Positions 8,361-17,870 of a DNA stretch of 48,701 bases are shown here, piece after piece (the first letter of the stretch is position 1; each line of letters starts with the position of its first letter). Both the position numbers and the translations under genes were made by a program. This DNA is from a virus (taxonomy: Duplodnaviria > Caudoviricetes). The notes beneath the pieces are model-generated. The model was not told where the DNA came from, did not search any database, and worked only from the letters and a program-made list of their open reading frames with translations. The stretch is from the IMG/VR virus record IMGVR_UViG_3300015082_000002, positions 1 to 48,701 of that record. One strand, written 5' to 3'.

Positions 8361-8770
8361 AGTGCAGGACTCCTTTCGGCGGACGGTGGGGTGTCCTGCA
8401 ACTCATTCAGAACTGCGCTCAGCCCATAGACGGCATCGAGCGCGACAAGTCGGTGCTGCCGGGTCTCGGTGGCGCCGGTCAAGGCTGCAAAGGGAGTGTC
8501 AGATCCGGCTTCGGCCGCGCAGTGCCATCAATCCTTCTCCGGGGTCGCTAGGAGCTACGGGTGAACGACTGTCGGCAGCCTTCGGGCTGCTGGCGGGCGG
8601 GATCTCGCCGGCTCTGGCTTCGGTTGGGGTGCGGGAAGTGGGGCGCGGTTCATCCGGTTAGGCATGTTCGGTGTTCAGCGAGGCTCGGGCCGCAAGCTCG
8701 AGCAGGCGCGGATGCCGTGAACTGGCGGGTCTTAATGGCCGGCGACGTCGAAGTATGGCAGCACCGAACT
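8361..8770 (+). ncRNA. Large structured non-coding RNA candidate
   Basis: 11-bp closing helix 8450-8460/8757-8767; three cUUCGg hairpins and a GCAA-containing hairpin inside; G-U pairs favour the + strand; no credible ORF. Confidence 0.75.
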
Positions 8771-8776
8771 ACCCTC

Positions 8777-8848
8777 TGCGGGGTCGTCTAGCCGGTAGGA
8801 CAGTGGCCTCTGACGCCTCCAACGTAGGTTCGATCCCTACCCCCGCAG
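8777..8848 (+). tRNA. tRNA-Gln (CTG anticodon)
   Basis: Acceptor TGCGGGG/CCCCGCA, D-arm GTC/GAC, anticodon loop CTCTGAC, T-arm GTAGG-TTCGATC-CCTAC. One U-U mismatch in the anticodon stem; CCA not encoded. Confidence 0.9.
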
Positions 8849-8852
8849 CCCT

Positions 8853-8898
8853 TGGCGACCCTCGACCTGCCCCCCGGCGTCGGGGGTCGCCCATTTTT
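8853..8898 (+). terminator. Intrinsic terminator after the tRNA
   Basis: GGCGACCCTCGAC...GTCGGGGGTCGCC followed by ATTTTT. Confidence 0.75.
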
Positions 8899-8930
8899 CA
8901 TTGTCATCGCACGAACGAGAGGAGGCCGGT

Positions 8931-9308
8931 ATGCCCGGCTCGTACACTTCCGGCTCCGTCGCCACCACCGCGGTACTCGCCCAGGATCTCACTGTCTCCG
9001 AGGAGGAGTGGCTCACCGTGATCGCCGTCGCTGGCCCGACCGCCACGGCCGCGGGCGACATCTCCGTCGCAGTGCTCCCCTACCTGTCCGACCGCCCCGG
9101 AGCCTCGGGCCAGAACGCCCCGCTCGCTCCGGCCACGCTGCCCCTCGCAGTCACCACGCAGGAGCCCGGCACCGCCGCCGTCCTCGCCGCTGGCAAGGCG
9201 TACGTTCTCGCGCGCTACGCGGTCACCGGCCTGGACAAGGTTCAGGTGCAGGCCAAGAACAACAACGTCGGCACCCTGCCCGTCGAGATCAACGCCTTCT
9301 ACGGCTAG
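8931..9308 (+). CDS. Putative virion protein
   Basis: GGAGG + ATG 8931; beta-rich Ala/Val/Thr composition. Confidence 0.7.
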   Translation: MPGSYTSGSVATTAVLAQDLTVSEEEWLTVIAVAGPTATAAGDISVAVLPYLSDRPGASGQNAPLAPATLPLAVTTQEPGTAAVLAAGKAYVLARYAVTGLDKVQVQAKNNNVGTLPVEINAFYG

Positions 9309-9458
9309 ATGAACGTCCGAGTCCAGGGAGGCACCAACGCCGGCTGGCGTCGGGTGCTCAACCGCTCCAAGGCGAGCTACACATGCGAGAACTGCGGAGC
9401 GCGCAACCGCTACTACTGGGTGCGCTGCCCCGTCTGTTCACACCCGCGGCCCGAGTAG
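9309..9458 (+). CDS. Small zinc-ribbon protein (49 aa)
   Basis: YTCENCGARNRYYWVRCPVC. Confidence 0.65.
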   Translation: MNVRVQGGTNAGWRRVLNRSKASYTCENCGARNRYYWVRCPVCSHPRPE

Positions 9459-9589
9459 TGCGCTGGCAGCACGACGACCCTAACGCCCCCTGGCACACGC
9501 AGCCGGGGTGGCAGATTGGCGTGGCCACGCGACACCCGCGCCTCTGGGCTATCCGTCACGCACTGACTCGACTTCGCAGGAGGTAGCGC

Positions 9590-10567
9590 ATGGCCTTCAA
9601 GGCAAAGACCTGGGAGCACGATGAGAAGCTAGTCCCCAGCTCAGTCACCGACGAAGGCAACGCGACGGCAGAGGTCATGCACGCGCGCAACTTCGTGTGG
9701 GATCCCATCGGGCTGGCATGGGTTCGCGCCACGCAAGCCGGCGCAGGCGGCGGGGGCGGCGCAGTCACGGTCGCTGACGGTGCAGACGTTGCACAAGGAT
9801 CTCGCGCTGACGCCGCGTGGGTCTCGGGCTCGGGCACCGTGATCGCCCTGCTCAAGAAGATCGCATCCGCAGGCGGCAGCGCCGTGTCCATCGCGGACGG
9901 TGCAGATGTCGCCCAGGGCACCACCACTGACGCCTCGACGGCCAGCACCACCATCGGCCTCCTCAAGGCTATCAAGGCGGCGGTGCAGGGAACTGTCGCC
10001 GTCAGCGGCACGTTCTGGCAGGCCACCCAGCCGGTCAGCGGCACGTTCTGGCAGGCGACACAGCCCGTCAGCGCAGTCTCCCTACCCACCCACGGCGTCA
10101 CGGTGGCCGATGGGGCCGATACGGCGCAGGGCACCACCACCGACCTCAGCTCAGCAAACACGGTCATCGGCATCCTCAAGGCGATCAAGGCCGCAGTGCA
10201 GGGCACTCTGGCGGTGTCGGGAACCTTCTGGCAGGCGGTACAACCCGTGTCGGGAACCTTCTGGCAGGCCACCCAGCCGGTCAGCATCGCGGCGATGCCG
10301 TCAACGCCGGTCACCGGAACCTTCTGGCAGGCCACGCAGCCGGTAAGTGGCGCTGTCTCCGTGTCGAACCTCCCGACCACGCAGTCCGTGGCGGACACCG
10401 CGCAGCAGACGCGGAACGGGGTTCCGGTCATCTCGACCTACGACATGGACAACCGCATTCTCCTTGAGCAGATGCTTCTGGAGCTGAAGTACCAGACGGC
10501 GCTACTCGCGTCACTTGCACCGCCCTCGGCCACGGCCTCGCGGCCAGACCTGGCGCTACTCACCTAA
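9590..10567 (+). CDS. Repeat-containing putative virion protein
   Basis: AGGAGG SD; five V(S/T)GTFWQA(T/V)QP repeats and three ADGAD(V/T)AQG repeats. Confidence 0.8.
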   Translation: MAFKAKTWEHDEKLVPSSVTDEGNATAEVMHARNFVWDPIGLAWVRATQAGAGGGGGAVTVADGADVAQGSRADAAWVSGSGTVIALLKKIASAGGSAVSIADGADVAQGTTTDASTASTTIGLLKAIKAAVQGTVAVSGTFWQATQPVSGTFWQATQPVSAVSLPTHGVTVADGADTAQGTTTDLSSANTVIGILKAIKAAVQGTLAVSGTFWQAVQPVSGTFWQATQPVSIAAMPSTPVTGTFWQATQPVSGAVSVSNLPTTQSVADTAQQTRNGVPVISTYDMDNRILLEQMLLELKYQTALLASLAPPSATASRPDLALLT

Positions 10568-10577
10568 AGGAGCACGC

Positions 10578-11198
10578 TTGCAGAATGACATCCGCGTCGG
10601 TCTTCAGACCAACGCGCAGAACAGTGGTGCCCTTGTGGCCGCCCGCGCGACCCGCTCCGGCGAAGCCGCAGTATCGGATGCGCACGCGCGCTACCAGGAG
10701 GCGGTGCTTCAGGGCAGCGTCTACACCGGTGGCAACGTCGCCGCGCAGGCGGTGACCCTCGGGGTGGCCGCAGCCACCGGCCTGATCCTCACGAACCCCG
10801 TGGCGTCGGGCAAGAACCTCGTGGTGCTCGAGGCGCAGGCATGGATCGCCGCAGCGATCACCGCCGTCGCCAATGTGGCGATCTTCGCGAACACCAACCC
10901 GGCGGCAGCCGCCGTCGCGCAGACGACCCCCATCGCCCCGAAGAACGCACTCCTCGGCGGCCCCGCGGGCGTCGGGCTGCTCGCCTCCTCGGCAACGCTA
11001 CCAGCCGCACCGACCCTCATCCGCCCGCTGTTCGGGTGGCACTGGGTCACGGCAGGCACCCCCGCGGCGCAGCTCGGGGTCAAGGACGAGGTAGCAGGCG
11101 CTCTCGTTCTCGCCCCCGGCACCGCCATCTCGATCCAGGGCGTCACCGTCGCGCACTCCATCCTCGCCTCGCTGACCTGGGAAGAAGTCCCGGTCTAA
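10578..11198 (+). CDS. Putative virion protein
   Basis: AAGGAG + TTG 10578; Ala-rich. Confidence 0.7.
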   Translation: MQNDIRVGLQTNAQNSGALVAARATRSGEAAVSDAHARYQEAVLQGSVYTGGNVAAQAVTLGVAAATGLILTNPVASGKNLVVLEAQAWIAAAITAVANVAIFANTNPAAAAVAQTTPIAPKNALLGGPAGVGLLASSATLPAAPTLIRPLFGWHWVTAGTPAAQLGVKDEVAGALVLAPGTAISIQGVTVAHSILASLTWEEVPV

Positions 11199-11201
11199 GT
11201 A

Positions 11202-11405
11202 GTGCTCAAGTTGGCCATCGTCCGGGTCAACGACGACACCGGACGCCAGAGAATCCTTGCCACCGAGCCCCTCCACGAGCTGCTTGCAGAAGCGGCTCGG
11301 GAGGGCAGCCGGTGGGGGTTCCGCGACCGGCATGTCAAGCGCGTACTAGCGCACCTAGCAGCAGCCGAAGACCAGATGAAGGGCATGTCCATACGCCTTC
11401 AGTAA
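11202..11405 (+). CDS. Hypothetical protein
   Basis: Fills the gap before the terminase. Confidence 0.6.
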   Translation: MLKLAIVRVNDDTGRQRILATEPLHELLAEAAREGSRWGFRDRHVKRVLAHLAAAEDQMKGMSIRLQ

Positions 11406-11414
11406 GGAGGCCGC

Positions 11415-12938
11415 ATGGACTACCGCTCCCAGCTCGCCGGTGGCGACCACCGCGGCGACCTACTCGTAGACACCGCGTACCCGGAGGCGGTCAATGCCTT
11501 CCCGGTCAAGTTCTGGTGGTTCAACCAGCACGGGTACAAGCCGCATGTGTGGCAGGCGCTGTTCCACGGCGCCGCCATGAGCTACGGCGACGTCAAGCAG
11601 TTCCGGCACCTCGTGGCCGGACGCCGAGGCGGCAAGACCCTCAGCGCCGCATGGGAGGTCCTGTTCTACGCGCTCCACCCCTCCGAGTTCCACCGTGACG
11701 CGCATCAGGTCAGCAGCGAGAAGGCCCTCTGGATCTGGATCCTCACCAAGGACTTCCCGACCGGCTTCCCCGCGCTCACCACGCTCCTCGACGTCATGGC
11801 CCAGGCGGGCCTCGTCAAGGGCAAGGACTACTCGTACAACAAGGTCGAGCGCCGGATCGAGTTCACCGAGTCCGGCACCGTCATCCAGCTCAAGACCGCC
11901 GACGACCCGCAGTCCCTCCGCGGCGCCGGCCTGGACATCCTCTGGATTGACGAGGCCGCGTTCATCAAGGACGACGAGGCGTGGCTGGTCGTGGCCCCCG
12001 CGCTCGCGGACAAGGAAGGGCTCGTCATCACGACGACGACGCCCCACGGCAAGAACTGGTTTTGGCGCGAGTTTTTCGACGGCAAGGCGATGGACGACCC
12101 GCACCAGTTCCGCGTCGAGTACACGAGCATAGACTCGCCGTACTTCTCGAGACGCTCCTGGCAGTACTACCGCGAGCGGTACCACCCGATCATGTTCAAG
12201 CAGGAGTTCATGGCGGCGTTCGACGCCTTCACCGGCATCGCGCTCCACGGCGACTGGCTGAAGTACTACGTGACCGGGGGCGCCGACGCCAAGACCGACG
12301 ACGTCAGCCTGAAGCGGTACAAGGACGACGAGACCGGCGCCTACAAGCTCCGCATCTTCATCGGCGTCGACCCGGCCATCTCGCTGAGCGAGAGCGCCGA
12401 CCACTTCGCCATGGTCGCGGTGGGAGTCCCCGAGGACAACTCGATGGTCTTCCTGCTCGACGTCTTCGTCGGCCGGCTCGAGTTCCCCGACCAGATCGAC
12501 AAGCTCCGCGAGTGGTTCCTGAAGTGGCGCCCCGAGCGCATGGGTATCGAGGCCGTTGCCTACCAGCAGGCCCTGTACCAGATGGCCCAGCGCATGGACG
12601 GGATGCCCGCCGTGGTGCCCGTCTTCTCGAAGGGCAAGAAGAACGACCGTATCCTAGCGATGGCCCCGCTGTTCAAGATCGGCAAGGTCAGGATCGCGAA
12701 GACCCAGGGCGAGTTCATCGAGCAGTGGGTCAACTTCAACCCGAAGATCAGCAACCAGGAGGACGACATCCTGGACGCCACGGAGATCGCGCTCAGCGCA
12801 GCCGGGGTGCTCCTACCGATGATGCCGCACGCGGCGATCATCGAGGGTCGTCCCCGAACCATCCACCAAGAGGCCACCGCGCAGATCCGCGCTGGACGCC
12901 GGGGCAACTACGACCCCGAGCTGGGCTCAGAGAGCTAG
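11415..12938 (+). CDS. terL: Terminase large subunit
   Basis: Walker A GRRGGKT, Walker B LRGAGLDILWIDEAA, TTTP coupling motif, nuclease IGVDPA and DDILDA. Confidence 0.95.
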   Translation: MDYRSQLAGGDHRGDLLVDTAYPEAVNAFPVKFWWFNQHGYKPHVWQALFHGAAMSYGDVKQFRHLVAGRRGGKTLSAAWEVLFYALHPSEFHRDAHQVSSEKALWIWILTKDFPTGFPALTTLLDVMAQAGLVKGKDYSYNKVERRIEFTESGTVIQLKTADDPQSLRGAGLDILWIDEAAFIKDDEAWLVVAPALADKEGLVITTTTPHGKNWFWREFFDGKAMDDPHQFRVEYTSIDSPYFSRRSWQYYRERYHPIMFKQEFMAAFDAFTGIALHGDWLKYYVTGGADAKTDDVSLKRYKDDETGAYKLRIFIGVDPAISLSESADHFAMVAVGVPEDNSMVFLLDVFVGRLEFPDQIDKLREWFLKWRPERMGIEAVAYQQALYQMAQRMDGMPAVVPVFSKGKKNDRILAMAPLFKIGKVRIAKTQGEFIEQWVNFNPKISNQEDDILDATEIALSAAGVLLPMMPHAAIIEGRPRTIHQEATAQIRAGRRGNYDPELGSES

Positions 12939-12946
12939 GAGGCACC

Positions 12947-13255
12947 ATGGCAACAGCGATCCGCCTGGGAGACACCGGGCACATGCGCGACCTCGACTTC
13001 CGCTCCGCGGGCTTCGTCATGGACGCCGCGTACCCGACCGGGGGCTACCCCGTCACGCCGGCGCAGTTCGGGCTGAAGACGATCCGCTTCTTCGATGCCA
13101 CGGCATCGCAGGGGTACATCTTCGAGTACGTCGCAGGCAAGCTCAAGGTGTTCGTCAGCGGTACGACCGGCGCAGCACTGAACGAGGCCGCCGCGAACCT
13201 CGCCGCGCTCAACGGCGTCGTCGTCACGATCCTCGCAGTGGGCGATCCGGCGTAG
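12947..13255 (+). CDS. Small virion/decoration-like protein
   Basis: AGGAGG + ATG 12947; YPTGGYPVTPAQFGL motif. Confidence 0.7.
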   Translation: MATAIRLGDTGHMRDLDFRSAGFVMDAAYPTGGYPVTPAQFGLKTIRFFDATASQGYIFEYVAGKLKVFVSGTTGAALNEAAANLAALNGVVVTILAVGDPA

Positions 13256-13611
13256 TGCGCGTCTTCCACCGCCGCCACCGGCCGTCCCACCTCGAGGATC
13301 TTCGCGAGTCCCGCGACCGCGAGATCAAGCAGCTCAACCGCTTGGTCGAGGCGCTGGCCGAGCAGATCGAGTACCTCCGCTTCCAGTTGCAGCAGGTTCC
13401 CAAGCTCGGGCAGCCGCTCCAGCCGGTCGCGCGCACGTACACCGAAGCGCCGGATCTTCCCGACCTCGACCTCGAGCCGGGCCTCGCCCCGTACGTCGGG
13501 GACGAGGAGGAAGACCTCCGCTACGCCCACGAGGCGGGGCTGATCGACACCGTGCAGCTCCAGAACGAACTGGAAGCCCTCGGAGTTCACGGCCCGCTCG
13601 ACGTCGACTAG
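13255..13611 (+). CDS. Hypothetical protein (coiled coil)
   Basis: Coupled to the upstream gene; precedes the portal. Confidence 0.7.
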   Translation: MRVFHRRHRPSHLEDLRESRDREIKQLNRLVEALAEQIEYLRFQLQQVPKLGQPLQPVARTYTEAPDLPDLDLEPGLAPYVGDEEEDLRYAHEAGLIDTVQLQNELEALGVHGPLDVD

Positions 13612-13636
13612 CACACCCTGAATAGGAGGTGATCGC

Positions 13637-16186
13637 GTGGCTCAGCCAGGCGACAACCCGCGCTCGCCCGCACTACGGGAGATCGTGCGCGATCCCTCCA
13701 AGCTCCAGGAGAAGCGCAAGGAACTCGACAACCTCCGCACCGACGACTTCCGCGAGTGGGTGCAGAACAAGGCGTTCTACCGCAACCAGCAGTGGGTCTT
13801 CTGGAACAACGCCTCCGGCACGCTCCAGTCTCTCGCCACCGACGACGGCGACAAGCCGCGGTACAAGATACGGCTCACCGCCAACCAGATCACCGGCGGG
13901 GTCACGCAGCTCGTGGCGCAGATGACCAAGACGCGCCCGACGATCCGCGCGGTGCCGGACTCCGGCAGCGACCGCGACGTCAAGGCCGCCGAGCTGGCCG
14001 AGAGCCTCTACGACTTCTGGTGGAAAGAGTTCAACCTCGACGCCCGGCTGACGACGGCGCTGACCAACGCGCAGCTCAACCAGGGCTGGTGGCTCATCAC
14101 CTGGGACGCCCTCGCGGGCAAGCCCTTCCGCGTGATGGTCGACCCGACCGGCAAGCCGATCACCTCGACGGAGATGGAAGACATCTACACCGAGGAGCTG
14201 GAAGACCAGGCCAAGCAGAACGGCATGGATCCCCAGCAGCTCGTGGAGCAGTACCAGAAGACGCTGATGCTCGGGGACATCTCCGTGCGGACGCTCTCCG
14301 GCGAGCAGGTCTGGATCGACCCGACAGCCGACTCGTTCGATGACGCCGCCTACGCGATCTGCAAGCTGCCGATGGACATCGACGCAGTCGAGGCCCGCTA
14401 CGGCCACGCCGTCACCCCCGACGCCGTCACCGGCGAGGCCAAGCCGGCGCTCGCGTACACGGGAGGCAAGGACGCTCGAGCGAAGAACGTCCGGGACGTC
14501 TACATCGGCTACTTCAAGCCGACGCCGCAGTTGCCGAAGGGCCGCTACGTCGCCTGGATAGAGGGCCCCAACACGATCCTCGAGGAGAGCGACTGGCCAT
14601 ACCCGACCAGCGACCTTCCCCTCGTCAAGTTCCCCGGCATCGAGCGCCCAGGCCACGCCCTGGACGACGCACGGGTGACGCAGATTCGCCCGCTCCAGAA
14701 GGAGCTGAACCTCGCGATCTCCAAGGTCGCGATGTACCGCAACCTGACCCTGAAGCCGCAGATGGTCGCACCCTACGGGTCTCTCCGTCAGCGGATCACG
14801 GACGAGCCGGGCGCCGTGTTCGAGTACAACGCCGTCGCCGGTCTGCCGGAGCCCCAGTGGCGCCCGGTGCCGACGCTGCCTCAGTACATCTTCGAGAGCA
14901 TCCAGGACGTCCAGGCCCGGATCGACCGTGCCTTCAACAAGACGCCCACCGAGCGGTCGCAGCTTCCGGCGCGTACCGACTCGGGCCAGCTTCTCGACCA
15001 GATGCAAGAGGCCGTGGCTGACTTGCTCAGCCCCGAGATCCGGCGCATGGAGACCGCGCTCGCGCGGGCGGGCAAGCTCATGGCCGCCCTCGCCAAGAAG
15101 TACTACATCGAGCCGCGCCTGCTGAAGATCACGGGCGACGGGGGCTCGATCCGCGTCAAGAAGTTCCTCAACTCGGAGCTGGAGGGTGGCTACACCTTCC
15201 ACGCCGAGGCCGGCTCAGGTCTCCCGCGCACGCGGGCGGGCCAGGTCGCGCAGATCAAGGAACTGATCGGCATGAACGTCCTCAGTGCAGAGGACGCGAT
15301 GCCGTACCTCCCGCTCGGCGGGCTTAAGGCCGTACAGGCCAAGCTCATGGCGGACGAGGACTACGCCTGGCGCAAGATCGACATGCTCATCAAGGGCGAG
15401 CCGCTCAACATGATCTCGGCAATGGACGCCGTGGAGACCGTGAAGTCTGGTGAGAACCCGACGACCGGGCTACCGTTCCAGACCCCCGAGGAGGCTCAGG
15501 ACTTCGTACAGAACGCCGCGTCGTCTCCTGCCCCGTTCGAGAACTGGTCGAAGACGATGAGCGTCCTGCGGACGCACATGCTCTCGCAGGAGTTCTCCAA
15601 GTACGAGCTGGACGTGCAGAAGCGGTTTACCGACCACTACGAGGCACTCCGCTCGACCGTCATGAGCATCCCGTCTCAGATCGAGCCGATCAAGACGACG
15701 ATGCGCTTGCAGGGCACCGTGGGCCCGACCGTTGCCGCAGACATCCTGCGTCACGGTGGGATCTGGTCTGCCAATCAGCAGTCGATGGCAGAGCCCCCGC
15801 TGGACACCCGCGTCAACGACGAGCTATCGAAGCCCGACGCCAGCGGATCCGGCAACACCCAGGCCGATCAGGCCCAGGCGGTGCAGGGGATGATGCACGC
15901 AAGCGATCAGCACAACGTCGCTCAGGCCAAGGCCGCCCACGAGGTGGCCTTGTCCGAGCACGCGACCAACAACGCGCACATGGTCAGTCAGCGGGCCGAG
16001 GAAGTTCACCAGGCCGCTGCTGACAACGCCCACATGGTGGGCCAGCGGGCCGAGGAGATCCATCAGGCCCAGCTCGCCCAGCACGCGGAGACGCTGAGGC
16101 AGACCCAGCTCGACGGCGAACACCGCCGCGCGCTGGCCGCCAAGGCCGCGGAGCACAAGGCGAAGGCCAAGCCCAGTGTCAGCTAG
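13637..16186 (+). CDS. Portal protein (podovirus-type, long C-terminal extension)
   Basis: Size and position after terL; AFYRNQQW, NQITGGVTQLVA, IRPLQKELN are typical portal segments. Confidence 0.85.
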   Translation: MAQPGDNPRSPALREIVRDPSKLQEKRKELDNLRTDDFREWVQNKAFYRNQQWVFWNNASGTLQSLATDDGDKPRYKIRLTANQITGGVTQLVAQMTKTRPTIRAVPDSGSDRDVKAAELAESLYDFWWKEFNLDARLTTALTNAQLNQGWWLITWDALAGKPFRVMVDPTGKPITSTEMEDIYTEELEDQAKQNGMDPQQLVEQYQKTLMLGDISVRTLSGEQVWIDPTADSFDDAAYAICKLPMDIDAVEARYGHAVTPDAVTGEAKPALAYTGGKDARAKNVRDVYIGYFKPTPQLPKGRYVAWIEGPNTILEESDWPYPTSDLPLVKFPGIERPGHALDDARVTQIRPLQKELNLAISKVAMYRNLTLKPQMVAPYGSLRQRITDEPGAVFEYNAVAGLPEPQWRPVPTLPQYIFESIQDVQARIDRAFNKTPTERSQLPARTDSGQLLDQMQEAVADLLSPEIRRMETALARAGKLMAALAKKYYIEPRLLKITGDGGSIRVKKFLNSELEGGYTFHAEAGSGLPRTRAGQVAQIKELIGMNVLSAEDAMPYLPLGGLKAVQAKLMADEDYAWRKIDMLIKGEPLNMISAMDAVETVKSGENPTTGLPFQTPEEAQDFVQNAASSPAPFENWSKTMSVLRTHMLSQEFSKYELDVQKRFTDHYEALRSTVMSIPSQIEPIKTTMRLQGTVGPTVAADILRHGGIWSANQQSMAEPPLDTRVNDELSKPDASGSGNTQADQAQAVQGMMHASDQHNVAQAKAAHEVALSEHATNNAHMVSQRAEEVHQAAADNAHMVGQRAEEIHQAQLAQHAETLRQTQLDGEHRRALAAKAAEHKAKAKPSVS

Positions 16187-16334
16187 TAAGCCACCTGCGT
16201 ACGATCTCGCGGCACTACACGCGCGAGTCACAGTGATAGGAGACCCAGGCTACCCGAAGGGCGATCCTGCGGGCTTCATCGCTGCGCTGAAAGCTGAACT
16301 CGCGGAGATCCGAGAGGAAATCCGTGGCCGGTAG
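16176..16334 (+). CDS. Small hypothetical protein (52 aa)
   Basis: GTG ORF spanning the gap and overlapping both neighbours. Confidence 0.45.
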   Translation: MSASKPPAYDLAALHARVTVIGDPGYPKGDPAGFIAALKAELAEIREEIRGR

Positions 16335-16821
16335 GTCGACGTACTCGGGGGCTGACAAGGCTTCCGCGTACGTCGTCCTCGGCACCAACGAGGGGAACGT
16401 GAAGCGCACTGCGCGGGACACGGGCCTCCCCGAGGCGACCATCCGCCGCTGGAAGCAGGTCTGGGAAGCAGAAGGGCCGCCCGACACCACCGAGGTGCAG
16501 GTAGCGGTCAGCGACTTCCTGACGGATGCCAAGCGCATCCGCAACAAGGCACTCATGGAACTGGAGCGTCTGATTGACGCCCAGCAGGTCAAGGCCAACG
16601 ACTTGAACAACGTCATGGGCACCTTGGCCGACAAGATCGACCGCGCGAACGGCCTAGCCAACTCGCGGGTCGAGCACCGGATAACTCTCCCCTCACCCGA
16701 GGAACTGCGAGCTGCGCTCGCGGGGCTTACCGACGGCGCCAGGGAACTGGCCCAGAGTCGGCAAGAGGAGATCATCGACGCGCAGTTTGTGGAGCAGCCC
16801 GCTCTCCCCGCCGGGAGCTAG
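16324..16821 (+). CDS. HTH protein, possible terminase small subunit
   Basis: GNVKRTARDTGLPEATIRRWK HTH followed by a helical region. Confidence 0.6.
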   Translation: MAGRSTYSGADKASAYVVLGTNEGNVKRTARDTGLPEATIRRWKQVWEAEGPPDTTEVQVAVSDFLTDAKRIRNKALMELERLIDAQQVKANDLNNVMGTLADKIDRANGLANSRVEHRITLPSPEELRAALAGLTDGARELAQSRQEEIIDAQFVEQPALPAGS

Positions 16822-16854
16822 GACTCACGACCGCGCCGACAAAGGAGTTTCACA

Positions 16855-17805
16855 CTGTCTGAAATGTGGACGGACGAGCAGGCCGAAGCGGCAATCGCGG
16901 AGGGCGTGGCAGCAGATGCCGCGGCCGACGGCGATCAGGCCCCCGCAGCCCCCAGTCCAGTCACTCCCGAGGGGGAGACCCCTGCCCCAGTGGTGCAGCC
17001 CGAAGCGGCCCCCGCCGCCCCGGACACCTTCGATGGTGGCAAGTTCAACCCCGACACGCTCGCGCCCGAACTCCAGCCCGCGTGGAAGCAGCTCCAGGCT
17101 GCCTACACCGAGAAGACGCAGGGGCTCGCGGAGCAGCGGAAGCAGTTCGAGTCTCTAGGCTCCGTCGAGGAGCTTCAGCAGGCTGTCGAACTGAGGCAGC
17201 GGATCTCGGATCCGGCGAACTGGCAGCAGCTCCATGCCGAGCTGGCCGACGCGATGCAGCAGCACGGGCTCACCCCCGCGCAGGCATCCGCAGAGGCCTC
17301 ACGGCAGATGGGCGAGGCGGCGGCGGAAGCCCCCGCGATGCCAGCACTCCCGTCCGAGGACGATCCCGAGCTGGGCCCACTTGCCCAGAACCTCAAGGCA
17401 CTCCAGGCCCGCATCGACACGTTCGAGCGCAGCCAGGTTGCCCAGCGTCAGGCCGCCGAGCAGGAGCGTATCCAGCTCGCCGTGCTTGGTGAGCTTCAGC
17501 GCCAGGAGATCCTGGTGAAGGAAGCCCACCCGACGTGGGATCAGACCAAGATCGACGCAGTGTACGACCTCAGCGGGTCGCTCGGCGGGAACCTCGTGCA
17601 GGCAGCAGATCGCCTCGAGCAGCTCCTCGCCGCCGACCGCGAGTCGTACGTCTCGCAGAAGATCGCTGCCCAGCAGGCATCCGACACGGCACCCGTGCTC
17701 GGCGCGAACTCGGACTCGACCAAGCCGACTCGCCCGACCACGCTGGCAGAGGCCGAGGCCCTTGGCCTCGCAGACCTCGCCGCTCTCGCCGCCGCGGACG
17801 CCTAG
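16855..17805 (+). CDS. Capsid scaffolding protein (CTG 16855 or ATG 16864 start)
   Basis: Acidic Pro/Ala N-terminus, LQAAYTEKTQ motif, coiled coil, directly before the major capsid gene. Confidence 0.8.
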   Translation: MSEMWTDEQAEAAIAEGVAADAAADGDQAPAAPSPVTPEGETPAPVVQPEAAPAAPDTFDGGKFNPDTLAPELQPAWKQLQAAYTEKTQGLAEQRKQFESLGSVEELQQAVELRQRISDPANWQQLHAELADAMQQHGLTPAQASAEASRQMGEAAAEAPAMPALPSEDDPELGPLAQNLKALQARIDTFERSQVAQRQAAEQERIQLAVLGELQRQEILVKEAHPTWDQTKIDAVYDLSGSLGGNLVQAADRLEQLLAADRESYVSQKIAAQQASDTAPVLGANSDSTKPTRPTTLAEAEALGLADLAALAAADA

Positions 17806-17870
17806 CACCCCACCCCATCCGCCGGGGAGTGGTCATCCGACCACCATCTACCCCCACGGGAGAGTGAACC

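Noticed and set aside
8590-8730. CTGGCGGG copies in the large ncRNA as antisense to the boxes
   Set aside because: Both appear paired within local helices, so they are probably coincidental; not excluded.
8777-8848. Suppressor tRNA or stop-codon reassignment
   Set aside because: The anticodon is CTG (Gln), and TAG, TGA and TAA all end genes normally.
9990-10345. Diversity-generating retroelement repeats
   Set aside because: No reverse transcriptase, and the differences are not adenine-specific.
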